From Monocercomonoides exilis PA203 (Eukaryota > Protista > Preaxostyla), in the NCBI GenBank assembly GCA_001643675.2, contig LSRY02000061.1, forward strand, positions 1-64,000: a stretch of 64,000 nt of DNA, read 5' to 3'. The position numbers and the translations under genes were made by a program. The notes beneath the pieces were generated by a model that was not told the origin of the DNA, made no database searches, and was given only the letters and a program-made list of their open reading frames with translations. Every line of letters begins with the position of its first letter. The stretch's first letter is position 1. Shown in pieces: positions 36,701-48,051 of this stretch.

Positions 36701-39315
36701 CACAAACACAGCAACAATTACAAAAGCAATTGCAACAGAAACAGCCACAAATGAAAGAACAACCACATCCTCAACCACAAACACAACCAGAGCCAAAGCC
36801 AAAAGTACAGCCACAACCATCCAAGTCTTCATATTCATCCAGAGGCGCTTCGTGGGGTGCAGGTATCTTGCCATCACCTCCTCCTTCTCAACAGCTTTCG
36901 TCTCTTCTCAAAGCACAAACGCAATCACTAACACAAACACAAACACAGCCACAAATTGAGCCTCAGAACAAACAGACATCGATTCAACAGCATCAAATGC
37001 AGCAACAACAACCACAGCAACAGCAGATGAAGATGCAGAAACAGAATGCACGACAGCAGAATCAAAGAAATATGCAATCACAACAAGGAAAACAGATGAA
37101 ATCAACTGAAATGTCTTATCATTCTGACATGAATTCTTCTTCTTCTATTTCTTCAATTTCTCCTTCTCCTTCTTCTTCTCCTTCAATTTTATTAACTCCC
37201 ACAAATTCAACGAAACCTCTTTTGGAGTTAAATTCCTCACTTGCTTCAAAAACAACGCCAATTAAAGCTGTGATTGTTGCACCTGCACCTTCAACAACTT
37301 CTTCCTCCTCCTCCTCATCTTCTTCTGTTTCTGCTTCTATTCCTTCATCCTCCTCTTCTTCTCTTTCTACTTTTTCCTACAGCAGTGTGAATGCCCCATC
37401 TTCATTGAACACTTCCTCAGCCTCATTGCTTGAGACTCCTGCTCCACTCATAAGCAAATTATCAGTTTCTTCTCGTTCTTTGAAGCCATCTTTGATCACC
37501 CAACAAAAACAAACACAAATTAATCCAGTTAAGTCGAACGGGAAAATGGAAAAAAAAGAGGGAGAAGAGAAAAAGAATGAGAAGATAATTGAAGAGAAAG
37601 AAAAGGAGACTGAAAAAAAGAAGGAAGAAGCGGGAAAAAAGAAAGAAATTGATCATAAAGATGAAGAGGTTGAAGAAATGAAAGAAGAAAAAGTGAATGA
37701 GAAGGAAGCAGAGAAGGAAAAGGAGAAAGAGAAAGATGAAAAGACTCAGAAAGAGAATGATACAACGACAGAAGAGAAGAAAGGAAGTGAAAATGAAAGC
37801 AAGCAAAACGAACATGGGAAGGGAAAGAAAAAGAAAGAAGCAGCAGCATCTAAAAAACCAGATCGCAAAGCGAAGCAAAAGAGCATTGAGCAGAATGAGA
37901 AGAAGAAGAAACAGGAAGACAAGAAGAGGCTGAGGGAGATTGAGAAGAGCATGGGACTGATACAGAAGAAGTCGAAAAAGGAAGGAAAAGACGGAGAAAA
38001 AGGAGAAGAAAGTGTGGAGAGCATCGGAGAAATCGAAGGATTTCCTCTGAAATCGTCGCTGATGAGTTCAACTTCTGGAATGATGCACAAAACATCTGAG
38101 CAATCTGCCAACACAACAACATCTGCACCTTCATTGTCCCAGTCGCTGAAGCTGTCTGGAAGTGCGTATGCTACTATGAACAGTGCTGAAAGAGGGAAAG
38201 CAAAGATGGAGGAAGAGTCAGGAGATAGCAAAAGCGAAGGGAAGATGGCAAGTGTGGATGGAGCGGGAAGCGGGAAAGAAGGAAAAAAAGGAACATTTGG
38301 TTCAAAAATTGGAACAGAAATGGATAATTTAAAGTATGCAGATACGAAAAGAACTGAAAACAGTCTGAAAAAACCAGAATTATCGTTTAATAATTCACTG
38401 CTTTATGACGACTTGATCGAAGCCATCAGAAAGTTTCCTTCGTCTTCAGGCACAAAAGACTCAAAATTGAACCTTCGTGGGAAAGATGCTTCAACAGCTA
38501 GCGGAAAAACAACTCAGAAAACCGGAAAAAGCCAATCTGCAAAAAAATCAGACATTAAAAAGAAGTCTGACAGAGCAAAGAAAGAAGAAGAAGATGACGA
38601 AGAAGAAGACGGCGATAACGATGATGGTGATGAAGAAGATGATGATGAAAAAGACGATGACAGTATATTAGGCCATCACTCCAAGAAGTCGTTTCCTCTA
38701 TCATATGACTCAGAAGCGCTCTCGCAGCAGATGAAGCAGCTGTTCTCAAGCAATGCATTCTCAGGCTCTGCTCTCAACCCTTCTGCTTTGTCGTCCATGC
38801 AATCGTCTTCATCATCCTCATCTTCTGCTTCTTCTGCATCTTCTCTTGCCTCTCCTCCTTCTCCTTCTTCAATTTTGTCTGTTCTGCGCGAACCTGCTCC
38901 CAAACAAACAACGAGCAAAAGACAGCAGAAGCGCTTGCTGAAGCAGAAGACGATTGAAGAAAAGAAGGAGAAAGAGTCGAAATTCAAAGAAAACAGACTA
39001 CCGAAGCAGATTCTGCTGAAGAAAGAGGAGAAAGAAAGAGACCAGGAAAACAGCGAAAAGGGGAAAGGAAGTGCAACCAACACACATAAGGATAAGTCGT
39101 GGCTGTCGGGTGATAAGAAGAGGAATAGCGATGAAAGAATAGGAGCAGATGAGAAAGAGAGGATTGATTCGAGGATTGCTCCTTTTCTGTTAAACAGTTT
39201 GGGGCTTTTGGGGTCGAATCAGCTTGGAAATGAGGAGCTTGGGAAGATGCTGCTGGAGAGAGGGTTTGATGGGATGAAGTTTAGAGAGAAAGGAGGAATG
39301 GAGGAGAACATATGA
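30704..39315 (+). CDS. NOT4: CCR4-NOT subunit NOT4/MOT2 E3 ligase (C4C4 RING, RRM, CCCH) with ~2500 aa Ser/Gln/Glu low-complexity tail; exons 30704-30921, 30987-31134, 31200-31384, 31548-39315
   Basis: RING CPICMGKMDRSDLAFFPCPCGFQLCLFCYNKI..CPGCRKTY; RRM VHVLQRNLVYVAGLP..FFGQFGKV; CCCH FGTNRYCPQVLKGLKCKRPNCSFIH. Three GT-AG introns keep the frame. Confidence 0.92.
34405..34780 (+). repeat. (CAA/CAG)n poly-glutamine coding tracts in NOT4
   Basis: Multiple runs of caacaacagcag encoding Q tracts. Confidence 0.85.
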
Positions 39316-40287
39316 AAAGAGGAAGGATAAAAAGTACAAACACACAATTTGATTGTTTTATTACACTTTAACAGTATTTATTAGAGAATGACAGATTATA
39401 TTTTTTGAAGATGAATGAGTTATTTGCAATTTCAAAATAATTCCATGTGACAGAAATATCGATGTTTCGTGATTAGCATTCAAATGAAATTTTGTAATCA
39501 AAGTGATTCTTATTCATGACAAGCATATTTTTAACTATTTTTCGTAAAGTTATCTTTTTTACATTTTTGATAAAACAATTTTGAAAGCTTATCTTTAAAT
39601 ATAGATGTTATTGCTCCTATTACTTTTTTTAAACATTTGATATTAGATAGAATATTTATGATGATAAAAAAATAAAGATTTTTTTTAAAATACGTTTTTT
39701 TAAAAACAAAGATTATTATTTATAAAAACACTTAGGCCAAATTTTCAAAAAATGGATTTCGAAATCCTGCAACTTTGCTAATACGATTGAGTATCAACAA
39801 AGAATCACCTTTCATTTAGTCTTAATTAGCGATCAACACGATGATGAAACAGAAATCACTCATGGCTGATTGACAAATGATTTTTGATGAAGAAAAACGG
39901 CATTATAAAGAACAGAGATGAAGATGAATCTTTGAATATTTTTTCTGTAAAATGAAAATCATAGTGTTCAAATCGAGATGCAACAGATACAGAATACTTT
40001 GGAACTTTTTCTCTTTAATAATAATTATAAACGTATCTTATACAAACTTTAATTAATAAACTGATAACCATTGATGAATGTGAGTAAATTTTTTTGCTTT
40101 TTTGAAAAAACCAGAGATTAGTTCCAAGCATTTTCAACTTTCGTGAAATAATAAGTCTAATATTATAACACAATATAATATAGAAAAAATATTGAATCTC
40201 GAAAAAGATTCGAAAAAGTTAAGTGGAAAAATTTTTTTAAAGCAAAATACTCAGTCCCAAATTAAAAATAAAATAAAAAAACATCAG

Positions 40288-43200
40288 ATGAACAGTCTCA
40301 TATTCTTTCATTGTTTTTCCCTCATTCTCATATCAAAAGTAACATGTGAATTTTCCTGGACACAACCTTTTGAAATACAAAGAATTTGTTCAAGAAGGCA
40401 ATTTCTTGGAAATCATCTTTGCGATCTTGACATGAATAAAAATAGCAATCCTTTATCTTTTGAAGCACATAAGACCACTAATTTTTCAAAAGACTTTTCA
40501 ATAGCAAAAGAACACTTTCCATCGTTGTTAACATCAATAAAAACTGTTCTCATAATGGCGAATTGTTCAATTGGACTGAAATCATCAATGCTTCTTTCTT
40601 CATCAAAACCATTTGCAATAATCAGCAAGAAATCTCATCTCTGTTTTAATGAGAGTATCACTCAGCAAAAATATGCATCTTTGTTTCAAATGCAAAGTGG
40701 GTCAATCTATCTCACGAACATGACTTTGATCCCCCAAAAGAATCTGAATCCTTCCAGTCTCATATTTTCATCTGATGATTCAAATTCTATTGTTTTGAGA
40801 AATTCGATCATGAAAGATCTTGCTATTTCATCATCGAACTATTTCCTGCTGTCCGGAAAAAGCAAAAGTGAAGAGATTTCCAACTGTGCCTTCAGGAACA
40901 TGTCTGTGAAATCTGACAAGAACAATGATTATCGAATGGAGCATTCATGCAATTTCTGTTCAATGGAGAACAGCCTCATTTATTTGTGTGTGAATGCATT
41001 TGAAGGAGGTATCTCAAGTGGATCGCTTTCTTCAGAGAAATTTGTCTGTGTAAACACTACAATAAGCAACGGAAAAAGAGAAACAAATGCCCTTCAGAAA
41101 AAAGAGCAAATGAACACAACAGAAAGTCAAACATTTTCATTATGTGAATGGACTGATTGCACAGCCGAACAAGGGGGTGCACTTTTTGTGCATGACAACA
41201 ATAATGCAACTCTCACAATTGAAAATTCTTCTTTTGAAAGATGCAATTCTTTGATAAAAGGTGGAGCAATATATTCTTTCAAAATTGCTGAATGCATTGT
41301 CCTTCACACAACATTCATCCAATGCACATGTGCCGCAATAAATTCAGATTTCGAAGGTGGAGGGATATTAATTGAAAGCATTTATGTCCAGCCAATTATT
41401 GATGATTGTTCTTTTAGCAACTGCTCTTCGGGTGATGACGGAGGGGCAATTGATATACGGCTAACAAAAACTCAAAGACAGAATAAATGCATTATTAATT
41501 CCTTTTTTAATAATTGCCGATGTAGTGGAACCGATAGTGCTGGAGGAGCAATTATTCATTGGGACTGTGCTGATCAAGTTGTCATTTCAAATAGCCTGTT
41601 CTGCAATTGCTATTCCATGTGTGGAGGAGGTGCAGTTTGTCAACTGATAACTGAAAATAACAACGGAATTTTGTTTTTCTTCTGTTTTTTCCACAATAAT
41701 TCTTGTGAACAAGGCGGAAACGATATTGCTCTTCCTGAATCAACAACAAACAACATAGATTCCACATGTTTCTCTTCAAGGCAAACAGGAAACAGAGTCA
41801 GCACAGATTATACAAAAACTGTTGATCGAAGTGAATGGCTTCGAAACGATTTTGGACAAATCAGATTTGTCTCATCGGTGCAGACAGAACAAAATGCCAT
41901 AGATACATTTGCATGTGGACTCGATAAAGGCCACCCATGCAGCACTATCAGCCATTGCCTTTCTCAGCTAATCACTAATATTATAACAGATATTGAGATA
42001 CTCACAGGAACGATAACAGAAACCAAAGGCGTGGATTGTGGTTTCAGCGCCATCACGATTTATGGTCAAAGTGGTTTGAGCACAACAGTTCAAACAGAAT
42101 TGGAACCAGCTGGGTTGTCTCTTTTTGCTGTCTCGACTGGAACATTCACAGCGAGGGATCTGACTCTTGTGCATGACTTTGTTCATCCGAATAACCGTGG
42201 GTCAAGGATATTTGAGATCACTGGAACTGGAAAGATGCATGTTAGCAGACTGAATATATCAACCGGAAGTGAGCAAACTTCAGAAACAGCATTCACCACA
42301 GAGCTGATAAATGTTCAGGGAGGAATATTTCAAATGGAAAATGTGAACTGGGCAAAGACATCCTCGACTGCTTCGCTGATTTCGCTTTCTTTGGCAAATG
42401 AAGTTTCATTAACACTATCAGAATGCACCTTTGATGGGATTGAGAGAACAAGGAATGGAGCAGCTGTGATTTCGTTTTCCAACGATAAGGCAAACATTGA
42501 TTTGAATTCAAGTGTATTTGAAAGATGTGGAAGCAGAACATCGACTGATGGGGGATCGATGATGCTGTGTGTTGGGAATGGAAATGAAGTGAAAGTGAAA
42601 GGTGGATCTTTTGATGGGTGCTTTTGTTCAGCAACATATGGATTTGGGGGAGGAATCCTTCTTCGGCTATTGAATGAAAATCCCAATTTCCTGATATCCT
42701 CATCTTTTGGAACAAACACAGCTAAATGGGGGAATGATATCTTTGTCATTTCACACAATCTGGAAGTGTCTGCAAAGTCACAAAAAATCACATGTGTCAC
42801 AGCCTCATTGGATTCTGTTGACAAGGTTAGAGGATATGACAACGGAAACAACAGTGTGGCCATCCCTCTGTGCATTTACCTCCTTCCCACACCAGAAGAA
42901 GTATATGTGAGCAATGATGAAGCATCCGATCACTCACATTGTGGAATCATCCAGTTCCCTTGTTTGACAATGAAACACTCACTCGCACGATTAACAGGAG
43001 AAAAGAAAATTGTTGTGAATGGAATGATATTGATGAGTGATGAATTGGCATTTGCTGGACAGAAACATGAAATCAGAGGAAATGATGATCAGAGTGGTTG
43101 GACAGTTTCTGATTCAAGTTCAACATCCAATTCATCGATGATTTCAGCAAGTGTTGAAACAGAATTTTCAGCACTTATCTTCTCTCTTCCATCTTCTCTT

Positions 43201-46200
43201 CCTCTTCACCAGACTTTCATTTCATCTTCTTCACAACTGACTCTGTTTCATTGTTCTATTTCTCTTCAAGATCCTTCATCAGAATTAGCATGCCTGTTCT
43301 TATCTGTTGATTCTGGTTCGTTGGTTATTGATTTCTTCTCTGCTTCGTCAATCACCTTGAGTACAACTCCATTGATCTCGTTGTCTGGAAGTGGAACAAA
43401 TGCAGAGTTAATGAGCGCTCTGTGGTTGAACATGGCTAACTGCACTTTCACAGAAATCGAAAGAGCAGCTGGAAGTGGAGGGTGTGTGAGCATTGACAAC
43501 AGCCATAATGAAAATACGAACACACTAATAAATATTGAAGAGTGTGTTTTTGATGGATGTTCTGTGCTGGCTGATGGAAGCAGAGGAGGGGCTATCGATG
43601 TGCAGATGAAAGGAAACATTCAAATGAATATTATTTCATGCACATTCACAGGATGCACAGCACCAGCTGGAGAAGAAGGGAAAAGTGGGTTTGGCGGAGG
43701 AATGGCGCTGATGTTGATTGATGGCGATTCTTCGTTTGTGATTTCATCTCCTGTTTTTGATACAGACAAGCCAAATGCTGCGAGATATGGAAATAATCTG
43801 TTTGTTGAATCATCCAACTTGACAAAGAGCATCACAAATGACTCGCTCCCATTTGTGTCTGAGCATCTGGCTGATATTTCGTTGGATTCATTGAGCGGCT
43901 TTGATGGAAGTGATAGGGCAAATGCCATCCCGCTGGTGTATTTCTGGCGAACATTTGGGTCAGAGATCGTTGTTGGGGGTGATGGAAAAGATGTGTGCAT
44001 TTGTGGACTTTCGGATTATCCTTGCCTGTCAATAGACCATTCATTAACAAGATTGCCTGAAGGAAACGAAAGGACTATCAAGATCAATGGAAAAGGAATT
44101 CTTCAAAAGAGTGTCAATCTCGGTGGGGTGACGATAAAATCGGAAGATAACAATGTGTGCTCACTGGAGTGTGTTTCATCGCTTGAAGGATCAGAAGAAG
44201 CAGCAATGAAGATTTGTGGAATTACCAATTCTGAATTGATCAAGTTTGTGATTCCTTCATCCTTCACAAGTGGAGTGAATTATTTGATGCATGTTGAATC
44301 AAGCGAGGGATTGTTGACTGTGAAAGACTGCTCATTCACAAAAAATGAAGAAAATGATGTGGAAGAGATTATGAATTATGGGCTGATCAAAGCAGAAGGA
44401 GGGACAGTGGTGTTGGAACTTGTGACAATGCAATCACTCGGCTTTTCACATGATGTTGTTTCTGTGTTATCAACAACGATTTTGAGAATCAAAAACATTA
44501 CGATGAAGAATGTTGAGCTGGATAGGGCAAGCGGGTTGTGCATTGCAAAGAGTTCAAGAAGAAAAAACAATGAAGATGAACAAGATGTTCTCATTGAATG
44601 GAGTTCATTCGAAGAAGTCACTCAGAACACAACAGATGATATTCCCATCATTCGAAATGCCAATGATGATGAGCCATTGAAAATGGTGATTCGAAACACA
44701 ACGATGAAGAAGTGTGGTGGAACGAGGTGTGGAAAGGGAGGAGGGATGTTTTGCATGTTGAATGAGGGAGGAAGCTTCGACTGCTCGTTTTGCACGATTT
44801 CTGAGTGTTTCTGTTCAACCACAGGAAGAGGTGGGTGGCTGTTTCTGGAGTGTTGCTCAGTGGCTGAGCATCCTCTGAATTTTGTGCTGTCGAATCTCAC
44901 CTTCAAAGACAACACTGCATTGAGAGGGAGAGATGTGTATGTTCGATGCCACTTGATTGAAACACAGATAGTTGATGAGCAGTTCTTGCTGGATTTCAGA
45001 GCACCTTTTGTGAAGGAGCTGGCGATATGGGGATGCACATCGGACTCGTTTGAGGGGGAAGAGGATCTGCTGCTGAGGGTTGTGAAATACCAGAGCGAGA
45101 CGATATTTGTGTCGGCTTGTGCAGAGAATCACTCTGATTTCAATTCCTGTGGAGAATTGCATGGGCCGTGTGAGTCATTGAACGTGGGAGTGAAGCACAT
45201 CATCCCGTCGTCGTACTCGCAGCTGTTGATATCAAAGGAAACAGCGATGAGAGGGAAATGCAGCATTCACGATGTTGTTGTCCATCCTCTGGAATCTCCT
45301 CCAGCTGCTTTGGTGCATTTGAACTCAACCATTTCTGGCGATGCAGGAGGTGTTATCACAACATCAGGGAAAGTTCGGATTGAGAGTGTGAAATTGGACT
45401 TTGGCCAGTCGTTTTCATTTTCAGGCAGTTCTGTTGTTCATGAAACAAGTGGCCAACTTTCCCTTTCATTTGTTGATTTTTCATCCGTTGGTGAGTCAAA
45501 CAGCATTCAACCTGTTGTTCTCAACTCATCGTTGCTGAGCATTGAAAGTGGAATTCTTCATGTTGACAACTGCTCAGTGTCACTCCTTTCATTCAAGAAG
45601 CCTTCATTTCTGTTGAGTGGAGATGAGATTTCGTTGACGAATGTGAAACTGGAAGAGATTGAATCAACAGCAGATGTGTTTGAGATTGGCAGTTGTGGAA
45701 TAATGTCCATTAATGGAGTATCTGCGGATGGAGTGAAGCTGTCAGATGGTTGCATCCTTGCAATTGGCAGTTCATCTTCAGGAACAATTTCTGTTGGAAG
45801 CTCGTCATTCGACAACTGCTCAAGGAATTCAGAAGGAGCTTCTGTTCTTTCAGTTTCTTCAACCTCTGCGTGCATTTCGTTCACAAATGGTTCCTGCTCA
45901 AATTGCATTTCGTTATCGGATAAAGGGAGCATGTTGAAGGTGAATGATGCGACGAATTTTTCGATGGATTTGAATCGATTTATTGGAAAGTTAACAAAAG
46001 AAAGTGAGATTGAGATTGCAAATGCTTTTGAAGAAATATGTGAATGGAATGGATCTCTCGTGCATTCTGAAAGCTCCAATTTGCAGGTGAATGAAATTAA
46101 AATTGAGAATTCATCGAAAGGTGGAATATCGATAAAAGGGGGAAAGGCTGTTATTGAGATGGGAATGTTGGCAAATAACAATCCATTCATCGAAAAATAT

Positions 46201-48051
46201 CCTTCTCTTCGTCGAAACATCATCTGTTCAGATTCTGCCTCACTGACCATTTCGAGCTTGAAAGGCGGAGATGGGGTGAAAGACAATTCTTCACTTTGGA
46301 TTCTGAATGATGGATGCACACTTGAAGGAATAGCAGGAGAAAGACCATCGCCTTTCTTCATTCCCAGACTGGAAGAGGTTTCTGTGAATGAAAGTGGAAG
46401 CAAGATTTTTATCCAATTCAAGGGATCTCTTTTTGTGCCGTGTGACTTGTCGTTCAGACTTGTGTATAAAACAGGGGATGTGGAGCTGGTTGAGACATAT
46501 CGTTTTGAGGAAGACAGTTTTGTATCAGAAACGGAAGTGATTGGAAGAGTTCCATCAGAGAATATTTCATTGGCTTCAGATGAAACAGAGGTGTCAGTGA
46601 TGATTTTGTTTGGAAAGTCATTGGCTTCCACTTCACCACAGATACTGAAGAACAGAAGTGAACCCAAAGGAAATGGAGATGAAAGGATTGTTGAAGGAAG
46701 AAAAGAGGGGAAATCGATATGGCCTATTATTGTGATTATTGCATGCATTGTTTGTATAATACTGCTTGTAGTCATTATTGTTTTGGCTGTCAGATGGAGA
46801 AGAGCAAAGATTGAGAATAAAGATCTGAGGGAGATAGTGAATGATTCAGTGAAGAAGGATCCAAAAGCATTTGAGATGGTGACGATGGAGATGTCACCGG
46901 AGGAGCAGTGGAGGAGAGCGGAGAGAGAAGCTGAAAAGAAGAATGAAGAAAGGATCAAGAAGAGGGTGTATGACAAGACGATGGAACATTCAGAGTCATC
47001 AGAGCATTTGTTGAGTGAGAGCGGATCAACAGAATATATCCTAGGAAGAGATTCAGATAAGATTCCAGAATGGATGCTGGAAAAGGTTGAAGAAGAGGAA
47101 ATTAGAAAGCAGACTCCATCACCATCCATCTCATCCACCTCAACCACTTCAACAACTGATTCAGATTCAACATTTGTTCGTGGAGAGGATCTATGCCCAA
47201 CCACCTCATCAATGTCGAATCTTGTGGATGCGATGGCCTGTTCATCTCCTCATGAGAAGCTGATTGTGGATCTGAGAGATTCACTGTTCATGCTGCTGCA
47301 TGGAAGGAATAAGACAAAGGAAATGGCGATTGGCACTCTGCAGGAGAGGGAGATGACAGCTGCCCAAATTCTATTTTGGGTTGCGAATCTTGCTCTTCAC
47401 TCGTTTGATGAAATGAACAATCCACTTCAGTCGCTGACGAATCTGAGTCCGCTCATTGTGCTGTTCTCAGAGCATATGGTGATCTGCATTGCCCTCCACT
47501 CTGACTGCTCTTCTTCAGATTCAGACTCATCCTCAATATCTTCATCAACAGTTGTGACATCAACCAGTGAGGATGATGATGAAAGAGATTCTCTGCCCTC
47601 ATCAGCATTTGAAGATGAAGAGGATAACAGGAATGAGTGTTTGAGGTGGAAGGCACCAGAACTACTGATGAACAAGAAGATGGGGGCGACGAAGGAATCG
47701 GTTGTGTTTTCGATTGGGATGATGTTGTGGGAGTGTGTGACGCTGGAGATCCCATTTGGCGAGTATGAAGCTGGAATAGCTGGAGATAAAATTACGAAAG
47801 GCGAAAGGCCAAAATTGGAGGTTGTCCAATGTTCTGCTTTCTATAGCCTTGCGAAGCATTGCTTGTCGCAATCTCTGTCTGCTCGCCCTTCTCTTTTTCA
47901 GCTCAAAAAAGACTTTATTACTCATTTTCTGCCTGACGCTGCGATCCTCACAGTAACAGATGCAATTGGATTTGAAAATGCCACAGACGATACCGATGGA
48001 AGTGATACGCTCATCGATTCGGAAATCATAAGCATTCAAACAGAAATGTGA
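40288..48051 (+). CDS. Giant type-I membrane protein B (~2587 aa): signal peptide, Pmp-like beta-helix, 4 Cys-initiated modules, TM, TKL-like pseudokinase; intact paralog of A
   Basis: The first ATG at 40288 gives signal-like MNSLIFFHCFSLILISKVTC. GGAL/GGAI repeats; TM IWPIIVIIACIVCIILLVVIIVLAVRWRR; RWKAPE..VVFSIGMMLWE..GERP. Single uninterrupted ORF. Confidence 0.9.
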   Translation: MNSLIFFHCFSLILISKVTCEFSWTQPFEIQRICSRRQFLGNHLCDLDMNKNSNPLSFEAHKTTNFSKDFSIAKEHFPSLLTSIKTVLIMANCSIGLKSSMLLSSSKPFAIISKKSHLCFNESITQQKYASLFQMQSGSIYLTNMTLIPQKNLNPSSLIFSSDDSNSIVLRNSIMKDLAISSSNYFLLSGKSKSEEISNCAFRNMSVKSDKNNDYRMEHSCNFCSMENSLIYLCVNAFEGGISSGSLSSEKFVCVNTTISNGKRETNALQKKEQMNTTESQTFSLCEWTDCTAEQGGALFVHDNNNATLTIENSSFERCNSLIKGGAIYSFKIAECIVLHTTFIQCTCAAINSDFEGGGILIESIYVQPIIDDCSFSNCSSGDDGGAIDIRLTKTQRQNKCIINSFFNNCRCSGTDSAGGAIIHWDCADQVVISNSLFCNCYSMCGGGAVCQLITENNNGILFFFCFFHNNSCEQGGNDIALPESTTNNIDSTCFSSRQTGNRVSTDYTKTVDRSEWLRNDFGQIRFVSSVQTEQNAIDTFACGLDKGHPCSTISHCLSQLITNIITDIEILTGTITETKGVDCGFSAITIYGQSGLSTTVQTELEPAGLSLFAVSTGTFTARDLTLVHDFVHPNNRGSRIFEITGTGKMHVSRLNISTGSEQTSETAFTTELINVQGGIFQMENVNWAKTSSTASLISLSLANEVSLTLSECTFDGIERTRNGAAVISFSNDKANIDLNSSVFERCGSRTSTDGGSMMLCVGNGNEVKVKGGSFDGCFCSATYGFGGGILLRLLNENPNFLISSSFGTNTAKWGNDIFVISHNLEVSAKSQKITCVTASLDSVDKVRGYDNGNNSVAIPLCIYLLPTPEEVYVSNDEASDHSHCGIIQFPCLTMKHSLARLTGEKKIVVNGMILMSDELAFAGQKHEIRGNDDQSGWTVSDSSSTSNSSMISASVETEFSALIFSLPSSLPLHQTFISSSSQLTLFHCSISLQDPSSELACLFLSVDSGSLVIDFFSASSITLSTTPLISLSGSGTNAELMSALWLNMANCTFTEIERAAGSGGCVSIDNSHNENTNTLINIEECVFDGCSVLADGSRGGAIDVQMKGNIQMNIISCTFTGCTAPAGEEGKSGFGGGMALMLIDGDSSFVISSPVFDTDKPNAARYGNNLFVESSNLTKSITNDSLPFVSEHLADISLDSLSGFDGSDRANAIPLVYFWRTFGSEIVVGGDGKDVCICGLSDYPCLSIDHSLTRLPEGNERTIKINGKGILQKSVNLGGVTIKSEDNNVCSLECVSSLEGSEEAAMKICGITNSELIKFVIPSSFTSGVNYLMHVESSEGLLTVKDCSFTKNEENDVEEIMNYGLIKAEGGTVVLELVTMQSLGFSHDVVSVLSTTILRIKNITMKNVELDRASGLCIAKSSRRKNNEDEQDVLIEWSSFEEVTQNTTDDIPIIRNANDDEPLKMVIRNTTMKKCGGTRCGKGGGMFCMLNEGGSFDCSFCTISECFCSTTGRGGWLFLECCSVAEHPLNFVLSNLTFKDNTALRGRDVYVRCHLIETQIVDEQFLLDFRAPFVKELAIWGCTSDSFEGEEDLLLRVVKYQSETIFVSACAENHSDFNSCGELHGPCESLNVGVKHIIPSSYSQLLISKETAMRGKCSIHDVVVHPLESPPAALVHLNSTISGDAGGVITTSGKVRIESVKLDFGQSFSFSGSSVVHETSGQLSLSFVDFSSVGESNSIQPVVLNSSLLSIESGILHVDNCSVSLLSFKKPSFLLSGDEISLTNVKLEEIESTADVFEIGSCGIMSINGVSADGVKLSDGCILAIGSSSSGTISVGSSSFDNCSRNSEGASVLSVSSTSACISFTNGSCSNCISLSDKGSMLKVNDATNFSMDLNRFIGKLTKESEIEIANAFEEICEWNGSLVHSESSNLQVNEIKIENSSKGGISIKGGKAVIEMGMLANNNPFIEKYPSLRRNIICSDSASLTISSLKGGDGVKDNSSLWILNDGCTLEGIAGERPSPFFIPRLEEVSVNESGSKIFIQFKGSLFVPCDLSFRLVYKTGDVELVETYRFEEDSFVSETEVIGRVPSENISLASDETEVSVMILFGKSLASTSPQILKNRSEPKGNGDERIVEGRKEGKSIWPIIVIIACIVCIILLVVIIVLAVRWRRAKIENKDLREIVNDSVKKDPKAFEMVTMEMSPEEQWRRAEREAEKKNEERIKKRVYDKTMEHSESSEHLLSESGSTEYILGRDSDKIPEWMLEKVEEEEIRKQTPSPSISSTSTTSTTDSDSTFVRGEDLCPTTSSMSNLVDAMACSSPHEKLIVDLRDSLFMLLHGRNKTKEMAIGTLQEREMTAAQILFWVANLALHSFDEMNNPLQSLTNLSPLIVLFSEHMVICIALHSDCSSSDSDSSSISSSTVVTSTSEDDDERDSLPSSAFEDEEDNRNECLRWKAPELLMNKKMGATKESVVFSIGMMLWECVTLEIPFGEYEAGIAGDKITKGERPKLEVVQCSAFYSLAKHCLSQSLSARPSLFQLKKDFITHFLPDAAILTVTDAIGFENATDDTDGSDTLIDSEIISIQTEM
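42862..47667 (+). repeat. ~4.8 kb block, inverted near-identical copy of 6915-11715
   Basis: Direct comparison of translations and DNA. Confidence 0.93.

Noticed and set aside
40192-40287. TTG start and Lys-rich N-terminus given in the ORF track for gene B
   Set aside because: Eukaryotic gene; ATG 40288 directly precedes a signal-like peptide, and the upstream part is AT-rich UTR-like sequence.
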